From Azolla caroliniana (taxonomy: Eukaryota > Plantae > Polypodiophyta): DNA of 20,185 bases. The notes under the pieces were generated by a model, which was not told the DNA's origin, made no database searches, and saw only the letters and a program-made list of their open reading frames with translations. The stretch lies in the NCBI GenBank assembly GCA_043228905.1, contig JBHGNT010000577.1, positions 1 through 20,185 on the forward strand, read 5' to 3'. Positions within the stretch are counted from its first letter, which is position 1. Every line of letters starts with the position of its first letter. The translations under genes were made by a program, and so were the position numbers. Shown piece by piece: positions 19,930 through 20,185 of this stretch.

Positions 19930-20185
19930 TGTATCCTAGTGTGAACTCGTCCATATAGTTAGGGCTTACTATATAAGTGATAACCTAACGTTGTAAGCGA
20001 TTATCACTTGATCATCTTGTACATTGAGTCTCTAAGAAAGAGAGAAAAAAGAAATAAAGAGAGCTTCCATTAAAGCTTCATCTGTGTGTATCTATCATCT
20101 GTCTATATCTTATTGCGTTCCCTCTGTGTTATTTCTTGAGCATAAACGACAGGTCCTCACATACATTTCCGCGCACATCTATCTT
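19930..20185 (+). repeat. Possible further LTR fragment (plus orientation) abutting H gag
   Basis: ctatataa (~19969), aataaa (~20053), T-rich tract and ttccgc motif near the end, as in the other LTR U5 regions. Boundaries unverified. Confidence 0.4.

Noticed and set aside
1-20185. A novel multi-gene biological system or prokaryotic defence/retron locus
   Set aside because: Every recognisable domain belongs to decayed copia gag-pol. No intact RT or host gene is present, and only bases 1-190 and 19926-20185 remain unexplained.

Overview
No host genes, RNA genes or CRISPR arrays were found. The window is a deeply nested cluster of decayed Ty1/copia LTR retrotransposons (domain order gag-PR-IN-RT-RH, tRNA-iMet PBS), typical of land-plant heterochromatin; the organism is an inference. 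LTR termini, PBS/PPT sites, 5-bp target-site duplications (TSDs) and interrupted reading frames resolve at least nine insertions, labelled A-I. Main chain: H (-, 15453-~19925) <- G (-, 14224-15452, in H's 3' LTR) <- E (+, 3989-14223, in G's gag) <- F (LTR remnant 3855-3988, in E's gag) <- A (-, ~190-3854, in F's LTR) <- B (-, 862-3750, in A's LTR). Side branches: C (+, 4116-9773, two LTRs, in E's gag), solo LTR D (4759-5286, in C's leader) and solo LTR I (18419-18873, in H's protease). All coding regions carry stops or frameshifts. I see no convincing new biological system. The most interesting observations are a one-LTR element with a perfect TSD, locally templated insertions and duplications, a covarying leader hairpin, family-specific CCGG versus CCGAC/TCGAC motif enrichment, and insertion sites confined to LTR/5' regions.
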